This document shows positions 47,479 to 57,687 of a stretch of DNA of 64,000 bases, piece after piece. Each line of letters begins with the position of its first letter. Within the stretch, counting starts at the first letter, position 1. The position numbers and the translations under genes are program-made. This DNA comes from an uncultured virus (IMG/VR IMGVR_UViG_3300021400_003815). Lineage: Duplodnaviria; Heunggongvirae; Uroviricota; Caudoviricetes. Location: the IMG/VR virus record IMGVR_UViG_3300021400_003815, one strand, 5' to 3'. The notes beneath the pieces are model-generated. The model had not been told where the DNA came from. It made no database searches and was given only the letters and a program-made list of their open reading frames with translations.

Positions 47479-48885
47479 TTATATATTCAAATCTGATAAA
47501 AAACTTTCATCATTAGCCATTACATCTGCATCATCTTCATCATCCTCATCATCATTGAATAATGAAGGTCTTTCTACTGTATTAACTTCTGAAACCTCAC
47601 GCCCAAATGCTGTAGCTATCAAATTGTTATTCAATGCTACATTCTGCATTTTATCAATACTTGTCTCATTAAGCTTATTTACTTCATCAACATGCTTTTT
47701 ATTTCCTAGACGAGTTTCTCTCTCAGAATCCTCAAGCCTATTATACAAACCAGCTGCTAGTAATTTTATCTTACCTATTCTTAATGAAGTTGTTAAGAAC
47801 AGTAAGTCATCCATGGAATCATCTGAATTAAGACTCTTTCTAGTGTACTCCAAAATCTGAAGAAGTGTATCTATATCCTCAGTAGTGTACATACCAAAGA
47901 AAGTTTTAACTCTCTTAATAAAATCCTTCTGATACTGGTCAAGATCCATTCCAAGAGTTATATGTATACAGGATATAACAAACTTAGTTAAACCTTTATA
48001 AAAATCACCAACGCTAATGTTACGGTCCTTAAGTGCATTTCCAAATGTAATAATATCACTCAATCCCTTATTAATAGCTGTAAAGTAATCAATATATGTA
48101 TCAGCTTCTACTGTACCAGTCTCTCTAAGAACTGTTTCAAGGTCTATTTTATAATTATTTGACTTAGCTAAATCCTCGAGCTTTAAAATACTTTCTCTAG
48201 GGTTTCTACCACAAGCGTTAATGATAGCTTTCAGAGCTTCCTTACCTATCTGAACCTTCTCTTCTTCACATATCTGAAGAAGTCTGGTAGTCAAATCTTC
48301 TACTGATGCAGGTTTGATATGAAGAGTAATCTCGCATCTACTCTTGATTGGCTGTAACAGCTTATCAGCTTCAGTAGTACATAAGATATAAACCTCATAT
48401 GATTTAGGTTCCTCTAGTCTCTTCAGCAAAGCGTTCTGAGCCGCCGCTGTCAATCTATGACACTCATCAAGAATACAAATCTTATACTTACCATACAATG
48501 GCTCTCTATCCATCTCTTCAATGATAGTATTAATAGCATCCTTACCACCATCAGTAGCTACATTAACTTCAAGTACGTTATCAACACCATCTCCATTGTC
48601 TGCAAACAGCAAATTCTCATTGAGTTCTTTACACATAGAACACTCGTCACAGGCTAATCCATTAACTTTATGCTCACAAAGCATTTCCTTAGCAATTAGT
48701 CTTGCCATAGTGGTCTTTCCACCACCACGCATGCCCTCAAGAAGTATTACCCTTGGATAATTCTCAGGTGAACTTAATCTACTAAGTATCCTTCTCTTAA
48801 TATCATCTCCTATATATTGACTCAATTTGCCTGCTCTATGTTTTCGAGCCCAGTTCTTATATTCTATACGTGGCAAATTAAACAC
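47479..48885 (-). CDS. dnaX: DNA polymerase III clamp-loader subunit gamma/tau
   Basis: ARKHR, GMRGGGKTTMAR, CEH...CDECSMC, ILDECHRLTAAAQNALLKRLEEP, IKSRC. The true start may be TTG at 48876 (GGAGG upstream). Confidence 0.9.
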   Translation of the reverse strand: MFNLPRIEYKNWARKHRAGKLSQYIGDDIKRRILSRLSSPENYPRVILLEGMRGGGKTTMARLIAKEMLCEHKVNGLACDECSMCKELNENLLFADNGDGVDNVLEVNVATDGGKDAINTIIEEMDREPLYGKYKICILDECHRLTAAAQNALLKRLEEPKSYEVYILCTTEADKLLQPIKSRCEITLHIKPASVEDLTTRLLQICEEEKVQIGKEALKAIINACGRNPRESILKLEDLAKSNNYKIDLETVLRETGTVEADTYIDYFTAINKGLSDIITFGNALKDRNISVGDFYKGLTKFVISCIHITLGMDLDQYQKDFIKRVKTFFGMYTTEDIDTLLQILEYTRKSLNSDDSMDDLLFLTTSLRIGKIKLLAAGLYNRLEDSERETRLGNKKHVDEVNKLNETSIDKMQNVALNNNLIATAFGREVSEVNTVERPSLFNDDEDDEDDADVMANDESFLSDLNI

Positions 48886-48933
48886 CTCCCATATTTATAT
48901 AATTATTTACTTAATAATATAAATATGCCTAAT

Positions 48934-49362
48934 TTATTCTGTAGAGATACTAAGACTATTTAGCACACCCTCTACTTTTTCCTTTAAATTCTTATCAATG
49001 CTTATCTTAGTATTCTTCTTAGAACTATCTTTATAAGATATGACAAGTTTAACATCATTTGCTCCATTCTCAAATTTAACAGACTTTATCTCATCTTTAT
49101 CAATAGTCCTATTGTTATCCTTATCATATAATGAATATGACATAAAACCATTCTGCTTAATAATTTGATTATTAAGTAATGGAGCTGTTACATTAGTGGT
49201 ACAAAATAGATTAAAAGCAACAGCTATTACAAATACTGTTATAGCTGTTTTAGTTAGCTTAAATACAAACTTTATAGCCGTTATTATCACTAGTATAACT
49301 AAAAAATACCCTAAGTTCATTCCACCAATTACAGAATACATACTACTCACAAGTGCATCCAT
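48934..49362 (-). CDS. Small membrane protein (two N-terminal TM helices)
   Basis: Hydrophobic aa 8-55; GAGG RBS. Confidence 0.65.
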   Translation of the reverse strand: MDALVSSMYSVIGGMNLGYFLVILVIITAIKFVFKLTKTAITVFVIAVAFNLFCTTNVTAPLLNNQIIKQNGFMSYSLYDKDNNRTIDKDEIKSVKFENGANDVKLVISYKDSSKKNTKISIDKNLKEKVEGVLNSLSISTE

Positions 49363-49397
49363 TATCTGACCTCACTTCCTTAAATTAATGCAAATAA

Positions 49398-49425
49398 AAA
49401 AGAGGAACTGTACAGTTCCTCTTTT
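49398..49425 (-). terminator. Perfect 28-bp palindrome, terminator of the 268-aa gene
   Basis: AAAAGAGGAACTGT|ACAGTTCCTCTTTT. Confidence 0.8.
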
Positions 49426-49504
49426 AAGTACCAAAGAACTGGTACTATATGGTCTATTCCGTTCAATTCGTTGTAAAGTTCTTCGCAGTTGAAGATTCTT
49501 AAAC

Positions 49505-50311
49505 TTAAGCCTTCTCTGCTTCCTTCTTGATGAGCTCCTGCAGATAGAAAGCTGCAACATCCTTCTTGTCGAATGTGTTCTTCTTTGCTCTTGGCTGACG
49601 AACCTTCTTCTCCTCAGGATTCTCAAGAGAACCGAATGCCTCAATAAACTCAGGCTTTACAACCCACTTCTTGCTACCATCAGCTCCAACTGTCTCAGAA
49701 GAGATGTTGAACTTGAAATCAGGACCGTTAACAGCAATGCCGTCACCCTGGAAGTACCATGACTTAAGCTCATCAGCAAGAGTCTTAATTCCCTTACGAG
49801 ATGACTTCTTAAGGAAACCATTTCTTGTTCTGAGTGAGAACTCACCTCTTGAAAGAAGAGCTGTTACATACTGCTTAGGAAGGTCAGCTGTCTGTCCAGC
49901 ATTAAGTACACGATGTACAACTTCCTCAACATAGATACCCTCATCATTCTTGTGGCATACTACTGTGTCATAAGGAATAGGGTCTGTACCAACATTCTTT
50001 ACTGTGTATCCAACGATACCTGATACAGGCTCAATAACACCAGCCTTCTGGTTACCATTCTTAGTAACAACAGCTCCACCTTCCTTATTAAGGATGATAC
50101 CACCCTTGTCACCATAAGCAAGAGCACGTGTAATCTCTACATCGTTTACTCTTGAACGAACCTCATCCTTGAAACCAGGATCCTGAGCAAGCTTAGCCTG
50201 GAAATCTGCCTGAGCCTTCTCCATTACAGGATTGCTCTTCTTCTCCTTAGTAACCTCTGCTGTACCCTCACCCTCAAGAGCTGCGAAATTGTCAACACTA
50301 TTGAACTCCAT
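49505..50311 (-). CDS. Hypothetical protein, predicted very highly expressed
   Basis: 268 aa; AAAAGGAG RBS; frequent AAG/GAG/TTC/AAC/ATC/CGT codons; two consensus promoters; own terminator. Confidence 0.85.
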   Translation of the reverse strand: MEFNSVDNFAALEGEGTAEVTKEKKSNPVMEKAQADFQAKLAQDPGFKDEVRSRVNDVEITRALAYGDKGGIILNKEGGAVVTKNGNQKAGVIEPVSGIVGYTVKNVGTDPIPYDTVVCHKNDEGIYVEEVVHRVLNAGQTADLPKQYVTALLSRGEFSLRTRNGFLKKSSRKGIKTLADELKSWYFQGDGIAVNGPDFKFNISSETVGADGSKKWVVKPEFIEAFGSLENPEEKKVRQPRAKKNTFDKKDVAAFYLQELIKKEAEKA

Positions 50312-50374
50312 AATTTTTTCTCCTTTTAATAAAATAAAAATTTGTTTGATATATCATAAAAGCTCTAAGCTCTT

Positions 50375-50514
50375 ACAACCTTTATTAACTTTCATATCAA
50401 CATTATATATGAATCATTTTTCATTGTCAAGACCTTTTTCAAAATTCTTTTAATTTTTTTTCAACTCTCTCAAAAATCTCAACAACCTTTATTAACTTTC
50501 ATATCAACATTATA
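50375..50514. repeat. 33-bp perfect direct repeat covering the -10 box and initial transcribed region of both promoters
   Basis: ACAACCTTTATTAACTTTCATATCAACATTATA at 50375-50407 and 50482-50514. Confidence 0.9.
50402..50430 (-). promoter_or_regulatory. Perfect sigma-A/70 promoter P1
   Basis: Minus strand TTGACA (50430-50425), 17 nt, TATAAT (50407-50402). Confidence 0.9.
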
Positions 50515-50537
50515 CATAACTCACTTTTAAATGTCAA
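50509..50537 (-). promoter_or_regulatory. Perfect sigma-A/70 promoter P2
   Basis: Minus strand TTGACA (50537-50532), 17 nt, TATAAT (50514-50509). Confidence 0.9.
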
Positions 50538-50554
50538 TAACTTTTTTCACTGAG

Positions 50555-50625
50555 TTATCCACAATTTTTTATAGATTTGTCCACAAATTTAATTGACTTG
50601 TCCACATTTAATTGATTTATCCACC
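50555..50625 (+). promoter_or_regulatory. Cluster of four co-oriented DnaA boxes
   Basis: TTATCCACA (50555), TTGTCCACA (50577), TTGTCCACA (50598), TTATCCACC (50617); consensus is TTATCCACA. Confidence 0.8.
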
Positions 50626-50817
50626 AACCCTTAAACTTACCTCTTAAACCTATTAACATAAACTATAAACAATCTATAAACTCAAAATATTACTTTTAAA
50701 ATATATCTACTACTATTTACATGTCTATTTTGAAATCAGCAACAGTATATTTCAAAATAATATTAAATTAATTTAAAATTTAAAATTACAATAATTAAAC
50801 TTCTTACTGCCTAGTTT

Positions 50818-51564
50818 TTAGTATGTAATATCATATACTATGTTACAATCATTTACAGTGTCCATTCTATATTCAATACTAAATACATCACCAACTTTAA
50901 GTCCTATTCCATTAGTATAAGGTATATCTATTTCATAGGTACCACTTAATCCACTGATACTTCCCTTTACTACAGATTTCAACTCAAGTTCTGATAGCTT
51001 ACTCTTCTTACTGTAATGCTTTATATCAGTTACTGTAAAGTCTCCGGATAATTTATTACCCTTACTTAAATTAGAACTCTGTATCTCTGTCCAGCCTGTA
51101 TCTGTCACTACTGTCTGTGATACATTTGTAGTATAACTATTACCAGATGCTTGTATGTTAGAAGAGTTAGACTCTTTCATTGTCACTCTAGAACCACCTT
51201 TAAACCTACCAGCTACACCAAATATAATAGCAGGAATCAGTAACAATGCTACTCCTATACCAATAATAACCATCAGCTTACTCTTTGAACTTGGAGGTTC
51301 TATTCTATCTCCAAATGACTCAGCTCCGCCACCTATATCAGGTTGATATGAACCATCTATGTATTCACTGCCATCAGCTCCACTTCCACTTGCATCTGTG
51401 GAATCACCTGAGTCAAAACCATCTCCGAAGCTATCATTACTATCCCCATTTGCATCGTTGCTACTATCAAACCCACCAAACCCACCAAATTCATCAGAGT
51501 CTGTCTCTCCTAGGTTATCAAAACTAAAATCATCATTCTCATCAAATCCAAAATCTTCGTCCAT
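50818..51564 (-). CDS. Single-pass membrane protein with acidic Phe/Gly-rich N-terminal tail
   Basis: MDEDFGFDENDDFSF...; TM at about aa 97-118; beta-rich C-terminal domain. Confidence 0.7.
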   Translation of the reverse strand: MDEDFGFDENDDFSFDNLGETDSDEFGGFGGFDSSNDANGDSNDSFGDGFDSGDSTDASGSGADGSEYIDGSYQPDIGGGAESFGDRIEPPSSKSKLMVIIGIGVALLLIPAIIFGVAGRFKGGSRVTMKESNSSNIQASGNSYTTNVSQTVVTDTGWTEIQSSNLSKGNKLSGDFTVTDIKHYSKKSKLSELELKSVVKGSISGLSGTYEIDIPYTNGIGLKVGDVFSIEYRMDTVNDCNIVYDITY

Positions 51565-51580
51565 GTCACTCCCTCATATT

Positions 51581-52405
51581 TTAAACCCATTTCAATAAAT
51601 TACAAATGTTAGTGTGCATTATACTGCATATACCACTACACAAATCAGCTACCTTAATTATCTTAAATTCTTTGGTATCTAATACCTTATTTTCATCAAT
51701 ACTAATGCTTATATCTTTATTCTTATAGCTTACCTCAATATTTACAACTGCTATTATGTTAAGGCTATCAATATTTACTAAGCATCTTAAAGATTTTTTA
51801 CCCTTATCATTCTCAGATACAAAATCATAAATTTCATCAGGAGCTAACATATTTTCTGTTAGAGCTTCATTTATTCTATCTGACAGCTTAACTCCCATAT
51901 AATCATGTATCTTTACATTGTCTATATTCTTTATATAACTGCTAATATCATTATCATCAGACTTAACATCTTCATCAATGTTATTCTCATCTTCAAAATA
52001 ATGAACTAACATATTAATAGCTTCTTTACTCAAACTTATTTCTATACTATTATAATCCCACTCAGCTATACCTGACTTATCTTTTTCAGACCAACGATAT
52101 TCAACTTTAAAGTCACTGTGTGCTTTATTGCTAGCTGTATTGATTTTATGTATTGCTTCAACCTCTAATGCTATTCTCTTAGCCCAATTAATTATATCAT
52201 CTTCTTCACAACTGTCAAGCTTTATCTTAAGTACAGTAGCTTCCTTATAGTTATCAGCAAAAAAACTAAGTAATATTGCTCCATCATTCTCTTTAAAAAC
52301 AGTTTTAATGTCTACAAAATTAAAATAGCTTTTATACTTTAAACCAAGTATATCTCTATTATCAAGTATATCTGACACTGTTTGCTCTACACATTCCCTT
52401 GTCAT
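51581..52405 (-). CDS. Hypothetical protein
   Basis: 274-aa ORF. Confidence 0.7.
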   Translation of the reverse strand: MTRECVEQTVSDILDNRDILGLKYKSYFNFVDIKTVFKENDGAILLSFFADNYKEATVLKIKLDSCEEDDIINWAKRIALEVEAIHKINTASNKAHSDFKVEYRWSEKDKSGIAEWDYNSIEISLSKEAINMLVHYFEDENNIDEDVKSDDNDISSYIKNIDNVKIHDYMGVKLSDRINEALTENMLAPDEIYDFVSENDKGKKSLRCLVNIDSLNIIAVVNIEVSYKNKDISISIDENKVLDTKEFKIIKVADLCSGICSIMHTNICNLLKWV

Positions 52406-52413
52406 AAAAGCAA

Positions 52414-53085
52414 TTATAATCCTTTCATCTTAATCAAATTGTTTATTCTTAGAGCTTCATATGCACATACCCTAAGTGTTGTCCTATATTGATACTCCTC
52501 TTCATATAGGTCAACAAATTCTTCTCTGCTATATATCTTACTTAATAAGTCTACTATATAAGTTAAAGTATTTAACTTATCCTCATTAAAGTCTATACTC
52601 TCATCTCTATTGATATACTTTCTAAGTAAATCAATATCATCAAATCCTACAGACTCTAATAGCTCATATAAATCTTCTGTACTCTTTAAATCCAGCTCTT
52701 TAGCAACAGCACTTACGTCAAATTTATATTTATCAGTGTATACTTCATTTTTATTAATGATATACATCTGCATTGTTCTGTATCTCTGAAGTATAGGTTT
52801 TTTAAAGATGATACCAAGTTTTATTCCCTTAAGCAACTCATTATAACTTAGTGTACCAGACTTTATAAACTCACCTTCACTATCAAAATATCTGTATCTA
52901 TACTCAGGTATGCTAACCTTAACCATATCTCTACTGCTTATATCTATGCCAACAGTAGTAGCTCTATTTTGATTAATTAGCATCTCATTCTCACTGATGT
53001 CACCATTTTTATACATTTCAGATATCTCTACTAAAGCTTTACTCCCAAGAGTATAGTATAAGTCGATTATATCTATGTTACTCAT
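52414..53085 (-). CDS. Hypothetical protein
   Basis: 223-aa ORF with GGAG RBS. Confidence 0.7.
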   Translation of the reverse strand: MSNIDIIDLYYTLGSKALVEISEMYKNGDISENEMLINQNRATTVGIDISSRDMVKVSIPEYRYRYFDSEGEFIKSGTLSYNELLKGIKLGIIFKKPILQRYRTMQMYIINKNEVYTDKYKFDVSAVAKELDLKSTEDLYELLESVGFDDIDLLRKYINRDESIDFNEDKLNTLTYIVDLLSKIYSREEFVDLYEEEYQYRTTLRVCAYEALRINNLIKMKGL

Positions 53086-53103
53086 TTTATTATCTCCATA
53101 ATA

Positions 53104-54249
53104 TTACATGAACCTAATCCTACAAATCTCCAACTCACCATTGTCTATATTCATAGAATATATTGTCTCTTTGCTTACTTTAGAAGCATCTGTAATCAAT
53201 CTCCTAAGATATAACTTATTATTCTTTAAACTATAAATCTCTACTCCATGTACAACTTCAACACTTCTACTGTAATCTCTATTTCCACACTTGAATATCT
53301 TATTCCCTACCTGATATATTATACAATTCTCACAGATAATACCTTTAACAACTGTACTCATTACAGTATCTTCTTTAATTCCTAATCTAAGGATGTTCTC
53401 AAATATAGAATCAAATGCATCTCTCTCAGTTACCTCTGTCTGTTCACCATAATAAACACTCTCACTCAACATTTCATCTTCAATTACAGATTTCTTATAC
53501 AGCTTATATCCATATGTTGGTAAGTAATCATCTGTATACTTAATGTCTGTATCAGATAATGAGAATGTTCTAACTTTATGATTATTAGGTACCTTACCAA
53601 CTAAATAGACATCCATTCTGTATACATCACCATTCTGTATGTCTATAATCAAATTCTCATTTATCTCTAACTTCTGAGGAACTGGTTTAAAATTCAATAT
53701 ATTTGTCAACTCATTTCTCAGAGTGTTATTATCATTATTACAAGCTTCTATAATCTCTGGCATATTCTCTTTATAATATTTATCTATGCCCTTCTTATCT
53801 TTTATCTTACCTACAACCCATTTATACTCATTATAACCAGTATCACCTATAAAATTAGAAAGCTTAGCATTTTCAACAAAGTTTGTTCTAATACTTTCTA
53901 TTCCCCAAGTATTTCCCAAGAGCTTTAATACTTTACCCTTATCTATCTCAATATATAACGCCTTGTTTACATACATTTTATACTTAGCTACTTCTTTATT
54001 TGTAAGTCTCATGCACTCTGCTATAGCTGCATATTTAGCATTATTCTCAATGCAATATATAGGAAAAGGAAGCCTTCTATATATTGCATTGTAACAATCT
54101 ATAGACCTCTTAACTTTATCAGACTCATTCTCTATAGTTGTATTTATATTACTAATAGCTCTTTTATTAAGTACAAGTCCAAGAAAAGCTGCTTCAAACA
54201 GTCTAATGTCTCCAATATCTACTATCTTACCATTAACTAACTTTTGCAT
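53104..54249 (-). CDS. Hypothetical protein
   Basis: 381-aa ORF with GGAG RBS. Confidence 0.7.
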   Translation of the reverse strand: MQKLVNGKIVDIGDIRLFEAAFLGLVLNKRAISNINTTIENESDKVKRSIDCYNAIYRRLPFPIYCIENNAKYAAIAECMRLTNKEVAKYKMYVNKALYIEIDKGKVLKLLGNTWGIESIRTNFVENAKLSNFIGDTGYNEYKWVVGKIKDKKGIDKYYKENMPEIIEACNNDNNTLRNELTNILNFKPVPQKLEINENLIIDIQNGDVYRMDVYLVGKVPNNHKVRTFSLSDTDIKYTDDYLPTYGYKLYKKSVIEDEMLSESVYYGEQTEVTERDAFDSIFENILRLGIKEDTVMSTVVKGIICENCIIYQVGNKIFKCGNRDYSRSVEVVHGVEIYSLKNNKLYLRRLITDASKVSKETIYSMNIDNGELEICRIRFM

Positions 54250-54273
54250 ATCCTATCACTCCATTGCTATAAT

Positions 54274-55989
54274 TTATTTTCTATTAGGTACTCCGTTCAT
54301 ACCAGCTTTTAACTGGTTCATAGCAGACTGCCTTCTATAATCATTATACTGTTGCTGATATTTTACCCTGCTATCATTCATTTTAACAGAATGTTTATTA
54401 AACAAGTTAATTGTCCACTCAGCTATTTTATCAAGTGTATTTAATGTAGCATTAGCTTCTTTATCTCTGAATATCTTACCATTCTCTATATCTCTCTTTA
54501 TTCGCTTAGATTTATTTCCAGAACCCTTAGTACTTTCAGACTCTTTCTTACTTTTTACATTGCTTGACTTTGTTAAATCACTTGTACTCTTACCTTTATC
54601 AACCTGCTTATTATCTGCTGCTTTTTTATTATCAAGAATATTAAAATCTATATCTGAGAAGTCATCCTCATCATCATCTGAATCATCAAATACTATATCG
54701 TCTGACTCATCATTTTCTTCTGAATTTTCCTCATCAGAGCTAAAGTCTATATCAAAATCATCATCTTCATCATCTGAGCTAAAGTCTAAGTCATTAACAT
54801 CAATAGCATCATCTTCATCATCTGAGTCATCACCTGAGCTACCAAAGTCATCTTCATCATCTGAATCATCAAATACTATATCATCAGAACCATCTTCATC
54901 AGAACTTTCATCTTCATCTGTCTCTTCTTCATCAAACCCTAGCTCATCATCTTCGCTATCTGAGTCATCCTCATCTTCAAATTCTATATCATCACTTTCA
55001 TCTGACTCTTCAAACCCAATTTCATCATCTTCATCATCTTCATCTGACTCTAAGTCATTTAGGTCAATATCATCCTCATCACTATCAGAGTCACCATCAT
55101 CTTCAAATTCTATTTCGTCCTCATCATCTGACTCTTCATTATCCCCAAAGTCAAATTCATCTTCATCATCTGAGTCAGATAACTCATTAAAGTCTATATC
55201 ATCTTCTGAGTCAAATTCTATATCATCATCTGCATCTTCAAATTCTATCTCGTCCTCATCATCAGGATTATCTATATCATCAGGGTCTACTTCTAACTCA
55301 TTAAAGTCTATATCATCATCTTCATCTGATTCATCTTCTATTTCATCAGAATCATCATTCTCATCGTAGCCTATCTCATCTTCATCTTCTGAGTCGCTCT
55401 CTTCTTCAGAGTCAAATCCTATCTCATCTTCATCATCTGAATTGTCAAATCCTATCTCATCTTCTGAGTCACTCTCTTCTTCGTCAGACTCCTCAAACTC
55501 TATATCATCATCCTCATTATCAGCATCTGACTCAAACTCTATTGTACTATCTTCATCATCATCTGTGTCAAATCCTATATCATCTGCTTCTGCATCATCT
55601 TCATCATCAAACTCTATTGTATCTTCACCATAAGCATATGACTCAACACTTGATATAGCTGTATACAACTTTAAAGCCTCAGCCTGTCTCTCTTCATTAG
55701 AAAGGTCCAAATCCTCAGTTTCTATATCCTCAGTTTCCATCTCTACATCAGAACCAAGTGATATATTTCTCTGCTTAAAGTCCTTTATATAATCTTTAAT
55801 GTTATCTCTTATATAATCATTATACTCTATCTGTAAGTTAAGACCATCCAATTCCTTAAGCTCTTCAAAATCATTTATAGCTTCAATTTCAGCTACATAC
55901 TCTTGATATTTGACTTCTCCAATATCAGAACGGAGCAATTCTATCTTACCTAGTATATAATTTTTTAAAAATTGTATTCTCTTATCCAT
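54274..55989 (-). CDS. Extremely acidic low-complexity protein (D/E tract with periodic I-x-F)
   Basis: About 330 aa of DDIEF/DEIGF/DIDF repeats between small N- and C-terminal domains. Confidence 0.75.
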   Translation of the reverse strand: MDKRIQFLKNYILGKIELLRSDIGEVKYQEYVAEIEAINDFEELKELDGLNLQIEYNDYIRDNIKDYIKDFKQRNISLGSDVEMETEDIETEDLDLSNEERQAEALKLYTAISSVESYAYGEDTIEFDDEDDAEADDIGFDTDDDEDSTIEFESDADNEDDDIEFEESDEEESDSEDEIGFDNSDDEDEIGFDSEEESDSEDEDEIGYDENDDSDEIEDESDEDDDIDFNELEVDPDDIDNPDDEDEIEFEDADDDIEFDSEDDIDFNELSDSDDEDEFDFGDNEESDDEDEIEFEDDGDSDSDEDDIDLNDLESDEDDEDDEIGFEESDESDDIEFEDEDDSDSEDDELGFDEEETDEDESSDEDGSDDIVFDDSDDEDDFGSSGDDSDDEDDAIDVNDLDFSSDDEDDDFDIDFSSDEENSEENDESDDIVFDDSDDDEDDFSDIDFNILDNKKAADNKQVDKGKSTSDLTKSSNVKSKKESESTKGSGNKSKRIKRDIENGKIFRDKEANATLNTLDKIAEWTINLFNKHSVKMNDSRVKYQQQYNDYRRQSAMNQLKAGMNGVPNRK

Positions 55990-56064
55990 TAAACCCTACT
56001 TACTCCAATTCTTTAAACTTAACATTTTACTATCTAGAGCCTATAAGTACTTGTTACATTTTCT

Positions 56065-57612
56065 TTAAAAACTAAACATTTCCTCATCTGTCTCATCTAA
56101 GTCAACTTTAGTGTCTGCTACTTCACTCTTACCTTCACTATCACTCTTATCAGAGGCTTTTTCTATGTTATCAAGCATATCTTCTATACTTACTTTAGTA
56201 TCTTCTTCAGTATCTTTATACTCTTCTGTTTTAACTTTATACTCTTCTGTTTCATCTTCTGTTTCAACTCTATCAGCTTCAGTATCTTTTATATCATCTT
56301 CAGACTCATTAAAATTAAAACTTAAACTTGACTCATTAAACTCTGTCTCAATACTCTTATCCTCAGACTCTTCTGTCTTATCTTCAGACTCTTCAGTCTC
56401 AGCTTTATCTTCTTTATCATCCTCTAAATTCTCATTAGCCTTAAGCTCAAAACTCAAATCAGATACTTCATCATCCTCTATGCTACCTATATTATCTAAC
56501 TCAGCTTGAATATCTGCTAATGTGTCATCACTATTTCCAACTGCTGTCTCTTTCTCTGCAACTTCTGTCTTATCTTCTTTAATCTCAGCTTCATCAATCC
56601 CAGTCTCAGCTGCATCAATCCCATCCTTAACTTCATTATTTTCAGCCCAAGCTCTTTCAGTTTCACTTTCAGTTTCCTCATTCTCACTTGATTCTCTTTC
56701 GTTTTCCCTTCCTGCTTTCTCATCTTTGCCCTTTGCCTTATTTGCAAACTCAATCTTCTTTCTTAATAACTCTTCTTCTTTTCTTTCAGCTTCTTTCTTT
56801 TTCTTAATGACTACAAATGCTATTAAACTAATCAATACAACTATCACTGAACCTATTGCTATATACTTAATCTTACTTTGTCTCTCTATAGCTTCTCTTT
56901 CAGCAGTTGTATCTTTCATTATATACTTACTGTCACTATTACTCTCACTTACGTTATCTCCATCTTTATATTCATATTCAAAACCATCTAATGTCTCAGC
57001 CATTTCCTCAAGTGCCTTTTGATTTTTTCTTATAGGTGTATCTTCACCATAATAAGCTGAATTAATACCCCAATCAGTTATATAAGCATTTGAATACTCG
57101 CTTCCACTCTCACCCACATTGCTTCCATTCTCATTTGATGCACTTGTAACTTCATTTACTAGGTTATTATCTTCAACAGGAGTTATTTCAACCTTTTCTA
57201 ATGCACTTAACATAACTCCACCAGATGTACTTACATCTGTCTTAACTGTATATTCTCCAGCACCATAGGCACTTAAATCTAAATCAAGCTCGTTATCTTC
57301 TCCTATAATCTGTGTTCCATTAGCTACAGCATTATCATTTATATAAACTACATAGTTGTAATTCTCAGGTGCCTCACTATCAGCTTCACTATATACATCA
57401 ATGTTAACACTCATATGCCTTGTGTCACCATCAAAATAACTTGATGAATTTAGCTCATAACTTCCTGCCTGACTATGCCCATCATATGCTATCTCATCTG
57501 CATACACTAGTCCTATCTCACTTCCTAGTCCACTTCCCACTGTGCTTCCAAGTGCAAATATCATTAATCCAAATGCAATTTTAAATTTATTATAAGCTTT
57601 TATGAAACCCAT
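56065..57612 (-). CDS. Single-pass surface protein with beta-rich extracellular domain and acidic cytoplasmic tail
   Basis: Signal peptide ending VYA; TM IAIGSVIVVLISLIAFVVI followed by KKKK; Glu/Asp-rich C-terminus. Confidence 0.7.
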   Translation of the reverse strand: MGFIKAYNKFKIAFGLMIFALGSTVGSGLGSEIGLVYADEIAYDGHSQAGSYELNSSSYFDGDTRHMSVNIDVYSEADSEAPENYNYVVYINDNAVANGTQIIGEDNELDLDLSAYGAGEYTVKTDVSTSGGVMLSALEKVEITPVEDNNLVNEVTSASNENGSNVGESGSEYSNAYITDWGINSAYYGEDTPIRKNQKALEEMAETLDGFEYEYKDGDNVSESNSDSKYIMKDTTAEREAIERQSKIKYIAIGSVIVVLISLIAFVVIKKKKEAERKEEELLRKKIEFANKAKGKDEKAGRENERESSENEETESETERAWAENNEVKDGIDAAETGIDEAEIKEDKTEVAEKETAVGNSDDTLADIQAELDNIGSIEDDEVSDLSFELKANENLEDDKEDKAETEESEDKTEESEDKSIETEFNESSLSFNFNESEDDIKDTEADRVETEDETEEYKVKTEEYKDTEEDTKVSIEDMLDNIEKASDKSDSEGKSEVADTKVDLDETDEEMFSF

Positions 57613-57687
57613 AATGCCCCTCCATATAACCTCAAAAATATACTCTATTTTACCTAATAACTATTATAGCGTATATTCTTATAATCA

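Noticed and set aside
49372..49845. Alternative-frame minus-strand ORFs 49372..49644 and 49657..49845
   Set aside because: They overlap the well-supported 268-aa gene, and the first runs through its terminator; no RBS evident
50555..50625. Chromosomal oriC
   Set aside because: No adjacent dnaA/dnaN/rpmH, and no switch in gene orientation across the site
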